In this document: positions 10,527 through 23,148 of the stretch, piece by piece
How positions within the stretch are numbered: the first letter of the stretch is position 1
Layout: each line of letters opens with the position of its first letter
Source: Scenedesmus sp. PABB004
Lineage: Eukaryota
DNA: 64,000 nt
Assembly (NCBI GenBank): GCA_014905635.1
Contig: JABVCE010000029.1
Coordinates: 248,001-312,000 of the forward strand
Reading direction: 5' to 3'
Position numbers and translations under genes: made by a program
The notes under the pieces: model-generated
What the model saw: the letters and a program-made list of their open reading frames with translations, nothing else
Told to the model about the DNA's origin: nothing
The model's database searches: none

Positions 10527-13500
10527 TCAAGCGATCTTGACCTGGCACTCTTCGCAGTCCTCGATGTCCTCTGTGGAATAAGGGGAGTAGAGGCTCTCCA
10601 GCACGCCCTGGCCGTCGGGCCTGCGCGGCGGGGGCGCGCGCGGCAGCGGTCGGCCGGCGCGCGCGCGCGCGGCAGGGACAGGGGCAGCGAGAGACAGAAG
10701 AGCGCGCGCAGCTGCCACCCTGCACGCGCCGCATGCGCCCCGCCCGCGCCACGAGCTGCTGGCTCACCAGTCGCCGCGGCGCTTGAACTCCCGCCACATC
10801 GCCGCGCCGCGCGCCTTGCCGACGAAGCGCCGCACCCACGCCGCGCCGGCGGCCTCGGGCGGGCCGTCGGGCCGGGCCACGGCCACGGCCGCGCGCCCCG
10901 CCACGCTGCGCGCGGTGCGCTCCTCCACGACCGACGCAGGCGCGGCGCCGCCGCCGGCGGGCGCGAGCCCCGCCGCCGCGGGCGCGGTGGCGCGCTGCCT
11001 CGGCAGGATCCAGCGGATGTTGCCGAACAGCCGGAACACGCCCAGGTCGGGGCCGTTGCGCCCCGCCGGCGCGGCGGACGCGGCCGCGGACGCGCCGGGC
11101 GGCAGCTCCACCAGCTCCAGGCACGCCTCGTGCGTCTCGCCCGCGGGCGTGGGCGCCGAGAGGTTCAGGTAGCCCATGACAAGCCCCGACATCGCGCTCT
11201 GCTGCGGCAGCACCGCCGTGAGCGAGAGCGCGCTGCCGTCGGCGATCGAGGCGTAGGGCCCGAACGAGAGCTTGAACGTCGCGGCCGTGCTGGAGGTGTA
11301 AAAGATGCTCAGCTTGTACTTGCCAGCGGTGACCACCTGGATGCGCGCCGCGCACGCGGCGAGCGGCGGCGCGCGCGGGGGCGAGTGAGTCGTCGCCGCC
11401 TCGGGTGAGCCAGGGCGCGCCCCTGCGGCGTATCTCGTGGCGCCTGGCCTCCAAGGAAGGGCCGCGCCGCACCTTGGCCTTGAAGCACATGCGGTCGCCG
11501 ACGTTCACAAAGCCCTTGGCGCCGTTGGACACGAGCCTGGCGGCGCGCGCGGGGGCGGGCAGTGGCGCGGGCGGCGCGTGACGCGCGGCGGCGCGGCAGG
11601 CAGCGTGCGCGCGGCAGCATGCGCGCGCGCGGCGGGGCGCGACGGGCGCGCGCCGCTGCCGCACCGGATCGACTTGGGCGTGCGCTCGTGCGCGCCATAG
11701 GCCAGCATGTTGGTCACGCGGCCCTGGGGCTTGCCGGCGGCGCCGCCGAGGCCCAGGAAGTAGGTGGGCTTGGTGAACGAGTGCGGCTCGGCCGCGACCG
11801 AGGCAAACCAGTCGCGCGCGGCGAGCGCAAACTGCACGCTCAGCGCCTTGCTGCTGTCCGCGCCCTCGGGCAGCTCGTTGCAGGCGAGCTCGACGCGCGA
11901 CTCGCCGTCAAACCTGCGCGCGACGCGGGCACGGGCGGCGGCGGCGGGTGGGCCGCCGGCGGCGCGGCGGCATCGAGCGCCGCGCGCGGGCGCCCGCCGC
12001 GCGAGGCGTGCAAGGCGCGCGGGCGCGCCGCGGCGCACGCACTGGTAGATACGGCTCGGCGCGATGCCGGCCCACTTGTAGTCCTTGTAGCGTATGGCGA
12101 TGCAGGGCTCAAAGCCCGGCCCCGCGCCGTTGATGCCGCGCGGGCGGGGGAAGCCGGGGACGAGCTTGCCAAACACCGCGTGCACCCGGCCGCCGGTGTC
12201 GTAGTCGAGCAGCGGCTGCGGGCGCAGGACCTGCCTGCGCGCGCGCGCGCGCGCCCACGGCGGCGGGGGCGGCGGCGGCGGCGGCGGCGGGGGTCTCAGG
12301 CGCCGGCGCCGCGGCACCGCGAGGGAGGCGCTGTGCGGGCGGGCAACACCGCGCGCGCGCCTGTCGGGGCCGAGCTCGGGCACGGCGTCCGCGTCCCAGC
12401 ACTGCGGCGCGAGTGAGAAGAGGTAGCGATCCTTCTGCGCGTCCGTCGCGAGCGCCAGCCCGCGCCGCCCCGAGCCGCCGGCCACGGCGGCGGCCGAGAC
12501 GTCGCCCGAGGGCGGCAGCAGCAGGTTGCGGAAGCTCACGCCCTCCCAGGGCAGGTGCGGGCTCGCGTCGGGGGCGAGGCCCGCGAGGTCGGCGAGGGTG
12601 GGCAGGATGTCGATGATGTCAACGGGGGTGCTGTCCACGACGCCCGCCGCCACGCCGGGGCCCTTGACGGCCAGGAAGTTGCGGATGCCTCCCTCGTACA
12701 CAAAGTGCTTGTAGCCCTGCATGCGGCTCGGCATGCGGATCTGCGCGCGCGCACGCGGGGCGGCGGCGGGGCACGTCGGCGGCGGCGGGGCCCGTTGGCG
12801 CTGGTGTCTGCGTCTGCGGCGGCGGCGGTGGGGCCCGCCCGCGGCGCAGCGCCGCGCGCAGCGCACGCACGTCCTTCTCCGCCTGGTCGCGCTCGTCGCC
12901 GCGCAGCTCGCTGCCGTTGTCCGACGCGATCATGATGTACGTGTTGGCGCCGCCGTCGGGCTGCGCCTTGACGTAGCTGCGGCGCCCCGCGGCACGGCGC
13001 GGCGGCGGCGGCGTGGGGCGGCGCGCGCCAACGCGCGCGCGCGTGCTCGGCGCGCTGCGGCGCCGCGCAGCCCCCGGCCGCCCTCCCTGAGGCTCAGCCC
13101 CAGCCGCAGCTCACTCGAGGATGCGTCCGATCTGGCCGTCGATGTACTCGAGCGCCGCCCAGGCGTCGAGGGTGTCGTTGGAGATCCCGGCGTAGCGCGA
13201 CTCGTTGTGGTAGCGCGCGCGGATCTCCTCGGGCGCGAAGCGCTTCTTCTGGTGGCTGCTCTCAGCCTCGCTGCCCTCGCGGCCGACGTGGATGGCGTTG
13301 GTCGCAAAGTAGGCGAGCGTGGGCTCGGGGCCGGGGCCGTAGGTGGCGAGGAACTCGAGCAGCAGGTCGGTCATGGCCTGGTCCTTGGGGCCACCAAAGA
13401 CCTTGTAGTCGCCGTTGTACCTGGGGCCGGGGCGGAGGGACGGCGCGCGGGAGGGAGAGGGCGAGAGGGTGAGCGTGTGAGAGAGAGGGAGAGAGAGAGA

Positions 13501-15148
13501 GGGAGCACAGCGGCGTGAGCGGCTGGCGAGGGCAGCGCGGCGCGGCGCGGGCGCGCACCGCGAGACGCCGTCCGCCTGCATCGTGGGGTTCCAGCCGTCG
13601 TGGAAGCCCGAGTTCCAGGACTCATAGCCCTGGACCTGTGGCGCAGGGGCAGGGCGGGCGGCGAGCGGTGCGGCACGGGGGAGCGGTGAGCCTGCGCGCG
13701 GCTGCTCACGCGGGGGCGCGCGCGCCGCGCGAGCGGGCGCCGGCGCTGCGGCGCGGCGCGCGGCGCGGCTCACATCCGAGTTGTGCCACTTGCCACTGGC
13801 AGGGGCAACGCACGCGCGAGTTGGCGGGGCGGGGAGGGGGGGGGGGGGCGGGGCGGGGCGGCTCCCTCAGCGCGCCGCGTGCGAGCAGAGCAGCTGGCTC
13901 TGCGTGCTCGCGCCGTGCGCGTGTGCGTGTGTGCGCGCGCAGTTGCTCCCCCGCTCACAAGTGCCCCGTGCGGTAGCCGTTGTCCGCCAGGAACTTGCCC
14001 ATGGTCACCTCGTCAACGTTGGTGAAGTCGTTGCCTGGCCGGCGAGGCGAGGCAGCGCACGGGCGGGGCGGTGAGGGCGCGCGGCGCGCTGCGTGCGCAT
14101 AGGCGCCGGCGCCGCCGCGCGCCGCGCGCGCCGCACCGCCGTTGGTGCCCGACACGCCCACGCGCGCGTGGTTGCGCCCCGTCATCAGCGAGGCGCGCGT
14201 CTGCGCGCACTGCGCTCGCGGCGGCGGCGGCGCGGCGGCGGCCGGGTGTTGAGCCCGCCGTTCGCGGCGCCCCGCCGCCGCCGCCGCCTGGCCGCCTGCT
14301 GCGGGGCGCGGCGCCTGGCCTGCGGCGCGGGCGGCAGCTGCACCATCCCCCCGCGGGCGCACCTGGGCCGCGACGTAGAAGTTGTCAAACATCGTGGCCT
14401 GCCGGATGAAGGCGTCGAGGTGTGGCGTGTTGACGTAGCTGGGGTTGTGCATGCCGATGTCGTCCCACCCCTGCCGGGCGCGGTGGGGGCGCGCGGCGCG
14501 GCCGGTGACGCGCGCGCGGAGCGCGGCTCGCTGTGTGCGGGGCACAGCTGCCGCCGCCGCCGCCGCCGCCGCCGCTGCCGCCGCGGGCGCCGCCGGGCGC
14601 CGCCGCCGCCGGGCGCGCCTGGTCGTCGGTCAGGATGATCACAAAGCTCGGTCGCGCGGCGCCCGCGCCGCGCGGTGGGATGGGCATGCCCGCCAGCACC
14701 GGCTCCTCGATCGCTGCGCGCGGCGCGGCGGCGGCGCCGCCAGAAAAGGTGAGGTGGCGCGGCCGGGCGGGAGCGCGCCGGCGGCGCGGCGCCAGGCCTG
14801 AGCAGCACTCACACAGCGGGGTGCAGAGCGCGTTGGCCGCGGCGGTGGCATTGCCGGCGTCCTGCCACAGCCGGCGCGCGCCTGCTTGGGCGGGCGGCGG
14901 CGGTTGGCGGCGGCTGAGCTGCAAACGGTACATCGCGCGGCCGCTCCTCACGCGGCCTGGCGGCGCCGCGTGCACGCTCGCGGCGCATTTCTGCCACGGC
15001 CCGGTCGAGCCGCGCAGCTCGCCGGCGCTGCTTTCGGGGCCGCAAACAGCAGCACCGGAGTCAATCACCAGGCCGCCCTGGCGCGCCCCGCACCTGAGGC
15101 GCGCCCGGCCAGGCCCAGGAGCGCGAAGAGCGCGAATGCGGCCCTCAT
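10527..15148 (-). CDS. Secreted type-I (S1) sulfatase/arylsulfatase with C-terminal extension, 16 exons
   Basis: Signal peptide MRAAFALFALLGLAGRAS; PSFVIILTDDQGWDDIG; NTPHLD; CAQTRASLMTGR; GYRTGHFGKWH; IASDNG; GYKHFVYEGGIR; DILPTLADLAG. All exon phases are consistent. Confidence 0.9.
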
Positions 15149-16306
15149 GACGCGAGCTCACACGCCGCCAGCCAGCGCCCGGCGCCCGCCGGCGGCCTGG
15201 CGCGCCCGCCCTCCCTGGCTGCGGCGCCGAGCGAGCTCTGGGCGCGCGCTGCGAGGTCTATCGCAAGAGCTCAAGCACAACCCGGTCGTCGCACAGCCTG
15301 CGGGGAGCCGTGTGCGGGGTGGTTGGGCCTCCTGGGGAAGCCGGCGAGTCGGCGGGCGGGAGTTACAGCCGGGAGCCGCGCGAAGCTGGCCCGCGCGATC
15401 GCAAAGAGCGCGTACCGGCGACGGTGGGACGGCGTGTGCAGCGGGGTGGCCTGCGGGGCCACCCGTGGGACGCGCGGGACGCGGGACCGGCGGCGCGAGC
15501 TCGGCTGTCGCGAGCAACTCGATCTGCAGACCGCAGGCTCGCCAGCGCCACGCAGCAGTCGCAGAAATTCGGTGGCTGCGTGGCCTCTCGCGCAGAACGC
15601 TTGTCACGCGGCGGAGGCGGGCGGCGCCGCGCGGTCGGGTGTGTGCAGCAGCGCTCGCCGGTGACGCCGCAGCAAAGGCGAGCGCGGTGTGCTGACGCCG
15701 ACGCCTGGTCTTTTCATAGCATGATGGGCGGTTGGGGCATGTGGGCGGCCAGCCACCAGCCGTGCTGGGCAGGCTGGCAAGCTCCGCCACCGGTGGCGCC
15801 AGCAGCGAGCACACGCCCCACAGCGCAGGACGCTCGGCGCACCGCGTCTCAGAGCTCCAGCGAGGAAAACTGCAAATTCACAGCGCTCGCGCGCGTCTCT
15901 TCTCTTCGGGCGGCCGCGGGGCCGGGCGCCTAACACGCGCGCCCCGTCCCAGCGCGGCGCGGCGGCCATACGCGCCCCCGAGCCGCCTGTCCGTCCCCAA
16001 CACGCAGTACGCACTCGTGTCCCACCTTGCGGCTGCAGCTGCGCGCCGCCCGCGCACGCACGGCGCGTCTTGGCCGGTTGGCGCGCCCGCAACTGGCTGC
16101 GTCCGCTCGCCCGCCGGCGCTCCCGCGGCACAGGGCCCAAAATCTGTGCGCCTAGCTGCTGACGGCGAGCCGCGCGCCCGCGCGTCGGCGCCAGGCGGGC
16201 CCGGGCGCAGGTCCCGCCATCGCTCCCCCGCGGCCCCACGCCCCGGCCTGAGCGCCAGCCCGCCCCTGAGGCGGCGCGTCGCAGCGCGCACGCGGCAGCG
16301 CTTGCA

Positions 16307-17989
16307 ATGGACGCAGAGGCGGCGCGGCCGCTGAAAGGCGGCGGCGGGGGCGGCGGCGGCGGCGCGGCCAGCAGCAGCTGGTCGGCGTTTGTCGCGGCGC
16401 ACAAGGTGCCCCTGATCCTCGCCTACTACGGCCTCTGCTCCAGCACGCTCATCGTCATCAACAAGGTCGCGGTGCACACGCTGCAGGCGCCGGTGTTCAT
16501 CCTGGTGCTGCAGCTGCTCTCGGCCGCGCTCACGGTCAAGGCGCTCAACATCGCGGGCGTGCTCGACGCGGAGAAGCTGCAGTGGTCCCTCGTGCGCCCC
16601 TTCCTGCTCATCGTGCTCGGCTTCCTCGGCACCCTCTACGGTGCGCGCGCGCGCGCGTGCGCGGCCGCCGCCGCGGCGCCTCGCGCGCTCGCGAGCCTCT
16701 CGCGGCCCCGCCGCCCGCTCCGCTCGCGGTCCTCCCACCGCTGCCCGCACCACCCCCCACGCGCCTACAAAACCCACACGCGCGCCCCGCGCGCCCCGCG
16801 CCCGCCTTACACACACAGCCAACATCAAGGTGCTCGTCTACTCCAACGTCGAGACGTTCATCACCTTTCGCTCCGCCACGCCGCTCGTGCTGAGCCTCTT
16901 TGACTACCTCTTCCTCGGCCGCGAGCTCCCCGGGCGCCGCAGCCTGTGCAGCATCCTGCTGCTCATCGCCTCGTGCGCCGGCTACACCGCGTACGACCAG
17001 GTGGGCGCGCGCGGCGCGCGGCGCGCGGCGTTAACGGCGCGGCGCGCGGCGATTTCGGCGCGGCAGGGCGGCGGGGTGCCTGCCCAGGCCGCGGGGCGGC
17101 GGCGCGCGGGGGAACAGGGACGAGCGCCCCCGCCGTGCCTCGCGCCGACCCCCGTCGCCGCGCCGCCGCCGCGCGCCGCCGGTCCGCGGGTCCGCAGGGC
17201 TTCCACATCAAGGCCTACACCTGGCTGTGCGTGTGGTGCGGCTTCTTCCTCTTTGAGGCGTGCTACGTGAAGCACGTGTGCGACACCGTCGCGATGAGCA
17301 ACTGGGGCCGCGTGTACTACACAAACTTCCTCGCCGCCGCCGCGCTGCTGCTCGTGTTCCCGCTCTGCTCCGGCGAGCACGCCGTGCTCGCGGCAGCGGC
17401 GTGGGACCCGCCGCAGGTCATCGTGCTCTTCATGTCCTGCGCCGTGGGCGTGTGCATGAGCCACGCGGGTGCGCGCGCGCGCGCGGGCAGGCGCGCCAGC
17501 ACGCAGCCGCAGCGCCCGCGCGGGCGGCGGCACCAGCGGCGGCTCGCGCGAGCTGCGGCGCGCAGCGCGGCGGGGGGCGCCGCCCACTCGCGCCGCACGC
17601 GCCCCCGCCCGCCCGCGCGCCGCGCCGGCGCAGGCTACCTGATGCGCTCCAACGTGTCGGCGACCGCGGGCGTGGTCGTGGGCGTGGTGTGCAAGCTCGG
17701 CAGCGTGCTGCTCAACCTGCTGATCTGGGACCAGCACGCGTCGCCCATCCAGCTCTGCTTCCTCGGCCTCGGCCTCGCCGGCGGCAGCCTCTTCCAGCAG
17801 GCGCCGCTGCGCGCGCGGCCGGCGCCGAGCAAGCTGCCGCTCGCGGTGCAGGAGCTGAGCAGCGACGACGCGGAGGGCGAGGGGCTCATCCCCAGCTACT
17901 CGGGCGCGCTGCTTGCGGGTGGCGCGCGCAGCGAGTCGAGCGACTCGAGCTGCAGCACGCTCACGCCCTCGCCGCGCCGCGCGGCGTGA
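16307..17989 (+). CDS. Golgi nucleotide-sugar transporter, GONST3/4-like (GDP-sugar, SLC35 family), 4 exons
   Basis: YYGLCSSTLIVINKVAV, SNVETFITFRSATPLVL..DYLFLGRELP, WGRVYYTN, SATAGVVVGVVCK; many hydrophobic segments; three GT-AG introns. Confidence 0.85.
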
Positions 17990-19033
17990 GCGCCCGGCGG
18001 CCGGGGCGGGCGGGGCGCGCGGGGAGGGCGCGGCGGCACCGGCCGCGGCAGCGGGGCGCGCTGGGGGCGTGGACGGGGGGCCACGCCGTCGGACGGCTGG
18101 CGAGCTGGCTGGGCGCGGCACCTGGCAGGCGCGGGCGCAGGCGCCCGCGCCGGTGGCACCGCGACGTGGGCAGCTCGTGCAGCGCGCCTGTGTGCAGCTG
18201 CAATATGCTGCGCCGAGCTTCTAGGTAGACGTGCTGCGAAGCAATCTCTCTCTGCTGCACGATGGCTCGGTGAGAGGCGCGGCTGGGTCGCCGCGCGAAA
18301 ACGCAACATTGGCCGGCGCGCTGCAGCGCCGTCATTCTTCCTTCCCTCGGCACGTGCCTGTGCACTTGCCGGGCGGCGGTGTAAACACGGGGGAACTCAC
18401 CCGCGTGTGCACGGTCGTCCGCAGGCGCGCAGCGCGCCGCGCGTGCGGCACGCGGCGCGGCCGGCGGCGCCTCGCAGCGCCTCGCGCAACGCGCCGGCGG
18501 GCACCACGCCGAGGCACAGCTAGCAGGGGGGCTCGGAGCAGTCGCCGGGCAGCTCGGCGCGACGGTGCGGCGGCACCGGCGGTCGGGGTCGATGAACCGC
18601 CCTGCGCCGCCGCTGCTTCGCTTCCACCCCAGCTCTCCGGCAACACACCCCGCGTCGGCCCCCCCCTGCAGCCGGACGAGACCGCCAGGCGCGGCGCGGG
18701 CAGCAGAGCGCCGGCTCTGCACGAGGGCGGCCGGGCGTCCTGCCGGCCAGCGCACGCCCGGATCTCGCGGCCCGCGGCGGGCGGGCGGGCGGGGGCTCGT
18801 GCAGGTGCGGGCCGCGCTGCTGCGATCGATGCCGGCCGCGCCCGCCCTGCGCCTGCGGTGCCTGCAGCGCCCGCATTGGCGTGCCCGGCGCTGCTGCGTA
18901 CCCAGACGCTCGGCCCGGGCATTGCCGGGCCCGCAGCGGGGCAGCGCAGGCGTCGAGCCGGCCAGCCGCCGCCGCCGCTGCTGTCGCCGAGCGCGCCGCC
19001 CGCGCGGCCGCCCCCGCAGGCACGGCGGCCACC

Positions 19034-20576
19034 ATGCAGGGCGTCCTGGCGCCGCTGGGCCAGCGCGCCGCGGCCCCCGCGCGGCAGCGCGCTGGCCTGA
19101 GCCAGCGCAGCGGCACGGGCGTCGGCGGGTGCCGGCGGCGCGCGCCGCTCGGGCTGGCGGCCAAGTTCTCAAACCCCTTCGACGGCCTCTTCGGCGGCAG
19201 CAAGGGCGGCGACTCGGACGCGGCGCGGCGCGCGATCGAGGTGCGCTGCTCGCGCGCGAGCGGCGGCCGCGCCGCACACGGCAGCGCAGCTGCTGCGGCC
19301 GCTTCGCGCACCGCTGGCCCGGGCTCACCCCGCTCACCCCGCCCGCCCGCCCCGCGCCGCGGCGCCCCCCGCGCCACAGAGGTCGCTCGGCGGCGCCGGC
19401 AAGTCGAAGCAGCAGCCGCCGTCGCAGCAGCCGGGCAAGGCCAAGCCCGGCCCGCTCGGCGGCGGCGCCGGCGACGCCGCGCCCAAGGCGCCCGGCGGCG
19501 CCGGCGGCTTCAGCGGCCTGGGCAGCCTCTTCAAAAAGGGCGACGCCGCGGCGGAGGCCGGCGGCGGCGGCCGCGCGGGCTTTGGCGGCCTCGGCGGCGC
19601 GGGCGGCGGCGGCGGCGGCGGCGGCTGGAACTGGGGCGGCGCGGCCGGCGACGACGCGGGCGGCGGCGGCGAGAAGCCGATCCAGCAGGAGCTGCTGGAG
19701 CTGTTCCGGGGCATGTGGGTGGTCTTCTGGAACGCCGCGCTCTTCCTCGCGTTTGCGGACGTGCTGCACCGCTCCCTCGACTGGTGCTGCCAGGTGCGCC
19801 GCCACCGCGGGCCGCGCGCCGCGGCGCACGGGCGCTCACGAGCGCCGCGCGCGGCGCGCCGACGCTGGCGCCGACGCCGCCGCCCCGCCGCGCAGGTGGA
19901 GCTGCTGCTGCTCGTCGGCGCGCCGGCGCAGGCGTTTGAGCGCGTCGCGTCGCGCTTCTACGCGGGCGTGGAGTGGCTGGAGGCCAACCTGCTGGGCTGG
20001 AAGATCCCGGGCCCGGATGACACCATGCCGCTGTACCGCCAGATCGCGCTGTACTACCCGGAGGAGCACGCGTACACCTTTGACGCGTACAGGCGCGTGG
20101 CGGTTGAATTCATATGGTTTATGTGCATTGCACATATGTGGATGCAGCGGCGCGGCGCGGCGGGAGGGGAGGGGCGGGGAGGGGCGGGGAGGGGCGGGGA
20201 GGGGGGCGGCGCGGCGCAACGGGGCGCGGCGCGGTGTTTTGGCGCGCCGCGCGCGGGGAGTGAGGGAGGGAGCCGACCGGCACCCGCCCCGCCGGCCGCC
20301 GCCGCGGTGCGCAGGTACAAGATGAGCGAGCCGGACAAGCAGGCGCTGAAGCGCTTCTACGCGCTGCGCTGGTGGGAGCGCGACGGCGGGTTTGCGGGCG
20401 ACGTCACCGCGGCGGAGGTGCAGGCGATCAAGGACAAGTACAGCCCCGACGAGGCCGACCTGCGCGCGTTCCGGCGGGCACGCGAGGAGGGCACGCTCGA
20501 CGCGTACTGGGCGGCGCGCGCGGAGCGGCTGCGCGAGCTCACCGGCAGCGCGGCGCCGCCGCCGGTCGCGGCGTGA
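19034..20576 (+). CDS. Hypothetical protein with transit-peptide-like N-terminus, Gly-rich linker and a hydrophobic segment, 4 exons
   Basis: MQGVLAPLGQRAAAPARQ...LAAKFSNPFDGLFGG; WVVFWNAALFLAFADVL; introns 19241-19379, 19794-19895, 20093-20314 (GC) keep the frame. Confidence 0.7.
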
Positions 20577-20927
20577 GCGCGGCGCGCGGCGCGGCGGCGG
20601 GCTGTGGGGGGAAGCGGCTGGAGACGGGGCGGGGTGTGTTCTCATGTTGGCGCAGCCGCCGCGCGTAACCGGCAGCCGGCGTCACCAGCCCACGCAGCGG
20701 CGGCGGCGCGCCGCGCGAGCCCGCACACTGCAGCGCGCGAAGTTGTCTTGCACGTTCACGGGATCGGCGACTGGCGCGCGCGCCTGCGTGCCAGCCACCC
20801 GGTCCAGACCCCGTTCCACGCGATGGCCGGGCCGCCAAACCCTCGCCCCCTTTCCCCTGCGCTGGCTGGAAAGCTGTGAACTCCCATAGCAAGACGATCT
20901 GCCCGCGCAGACCGCGCGCGCGTGGCC

Positions 20928-22819
20928 ATGTCGCAGCGCTGCGCGGGGCCAGAGATGCGTGCCGTGCCGTCGTCGCGCGCGGGCTCGCAGGCCCCCTCCA
21001 GGCGCCCCGGAGCACGCCGAGACTGCCTCCCGGTCGTGGGAGTGGCGAGCGTCGCGCGCGAGCGCACCGCAGCGCAGCCTGCCGCAGCGCAGCCCGGCGC
21101 AGCGCAGCCCGCCGCCGCGCCCCGGCGCCGGCGCCGCCGCCGAGCAAGCAGCCAGCGGTCGTGGTGCCCCAGCAGCAGCTCTACGAGCCCGGGACGTGGG
21201 GCTGCGCCGCGTTTCCGTCGTACCTGCAGGAGCTCGGGCGCCTGGACCCGCTGCACAACTCAGCGAGCTCGGTGTCCTACGACCCCTCCGACCCAGACGC
21301 CGCGCTCTGGCACGCGATCAGGCGCGTGCGCGCGCCGCGCCACGCCCCCGCCGTGCCGCGGGGCGGGGTGTGCTGCGCGCCAGCGTGCTGAGGCCGGGCG
21401 GCGCGCTGAGCCCGCGCGCTGACCGCCGCCGTCGCTCGTCGCAGGCGTGAGGCGCGCGCGGACGCGGCGCGCGAGCCGCTGCTCTCCAGCTTTCTGTACG
21501 CGTCAATACTCGCGCACGACAACTTCTCGAGCTGCCTCGCGTTCGTGCTGTCCGCGCGGCTCGCATGCCCGACGATGGCAATGCTGCAGTCGCAGCTGTT
21601 CGATACCTTCGACTCAGTGCTGCGCGCGCGGTCGGAGCTCTGCGAGGCGGCGCTGGCCGACATCGAGGCGTGCCGGCAGCGAGTGCGTTGCGCTGGCCAG
21701 CGCCGGGGCGGCTGCGCGCTGCGCCGGCGCGCGCTGTGCTGGTGCAGCGCTCTCGCGCGCGCGCGCGGCTGCGGCGGCGCCCGCCCCACGCGCGGCGCGG
21801 CCGCCGCCCACGCACGGCGCAGGACCCCGCCTGCCTGTCTGCGAGCGTGGCGCTGCTGTTTTACAAGGGCTATCACGCGCTGCAGGTGGGGCGGCGGCAG
21901 GGCGGCCCCACCCCGCCCCGCGGATGTGCCTTCTTGGCCGCGCGCAGCTCGGCTCCGCGCCGCGCCCAGCGCCTGGCCCCACGCGCCCGCCGCCGCCGCG
22001 CGCGCGGCAGGCGACGCGCATCGCGGGCGCCCTCTACGCCGACGGGCGGCGCGTGATGGCGCTGGCGCTGCAGAGCCGCATCAGCGAGGCGCGCCGCGGC
22101 GCGGCGCGCGGGGCCCGGCCGCGCTCGCCGCGCGGGCGCGGGCCGCCGCCGGCTGACTCGCGTGCCGTGCGGCCGCCGCGGGCGCAGGCGCTGGGCGTCG
22201 ACATCCACCCCGGCGCGCGGCTGGGCTCGGGCCTGTTCCTGGACCACGGCGGCGGCGTGGTGATCGGCGAAACTGCAGTCATTGGCAACAACTGCACCCT
22301 CATGCAGGCGCGCGCCTCGGGGTTTAGGACAGGCCCTGGTCAGGGCGCAGCCTGATCGCGCGGCGCAGCCAGCTGCTTTGCCGACGGCGCGCGCCGCGGC
22401 TCGGCCGGGCTGCTGACCAGGGCTGCCGCGCGCCGAGGGCGGCGGCGCGCCGGGGCTGGGCTGGGGAGGCTGGGGGCCGCACGCTGAGCCCGGCGCCGTC
22501 GCCGCCCGCGCGCCCCGACACCCCTCCCACCCCTCTCTCGCAGGACATCACGCTCGGCGGCACGGGCAAGGAGAGCGGCGACCGGCACCCCAAGGTCGGG
22601 GACAACGTGCTGATCGGCGCACGCGCAAAGGTGCTGGGCAACATCACCATCGGCCACGGCGCCCTCATCGCCCCCGGGTCGCTCGTGCTCAAGCCGCTCG
22701 GCCCGCTCGTCATGGTCGCCGGCAGCCCCGCGCAGGTCGTGGGCGAGCGCACGCCCGGCGAGGGCTGGTCGAGCGACGACGACGCGGCGCCGCCGCCGCG
22801 CGCGCGCGCCAGCCGCTGA
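20928..22819 (+). CDS. SAT: Serine O-acetyltransferase; exact 5' exon uncertain
   Basis: [20 protein letters not shown]...[72 protein letters not shown] (hexapeptide repeats; both catalytic His present). Confidence 0.92.
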
Positions 22820-23148
22820 GGGGGCGTCCGGTAGTGGGCAGCGTACTGGTGCTGCGGTTTGCACAGGGGGGAACACCCACCCACCACAGACGGGCTACGC
22901 AGGCAGCGATTGCAGGGGGGAGGGGAGGGGGACCGTTACTTCTGCGCGGCGCCCTTGGTCCGTGCTCAAGCGTGTTTGCACTGTTTGATTGCGCGGCGTT
23001 TGCACGAACGCCAGCCCTCCGGATTCTTTCCGCCGCTGCGGCGCGCTAGAAACAAAAATCGACACAACTGCTCAGCGCGCAGCGCGCCGCCGATGCTCCC
23101 TGTGTGCACATGCCCCTGTAACTCGCCTGTAACTTGCACGCTCGACAC

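Noticed and set aside
18293..18301. E2F-like GCGCGAAAA (also 57821-57829)
   Set aside because: Both lie in 3' or intergenic positions, not upstream of cell-cycle genes, so chance is likely.
22321..22328. Telomere-like GGTTTAGG
   Set aside because: A single imperfect unit inside an intron.
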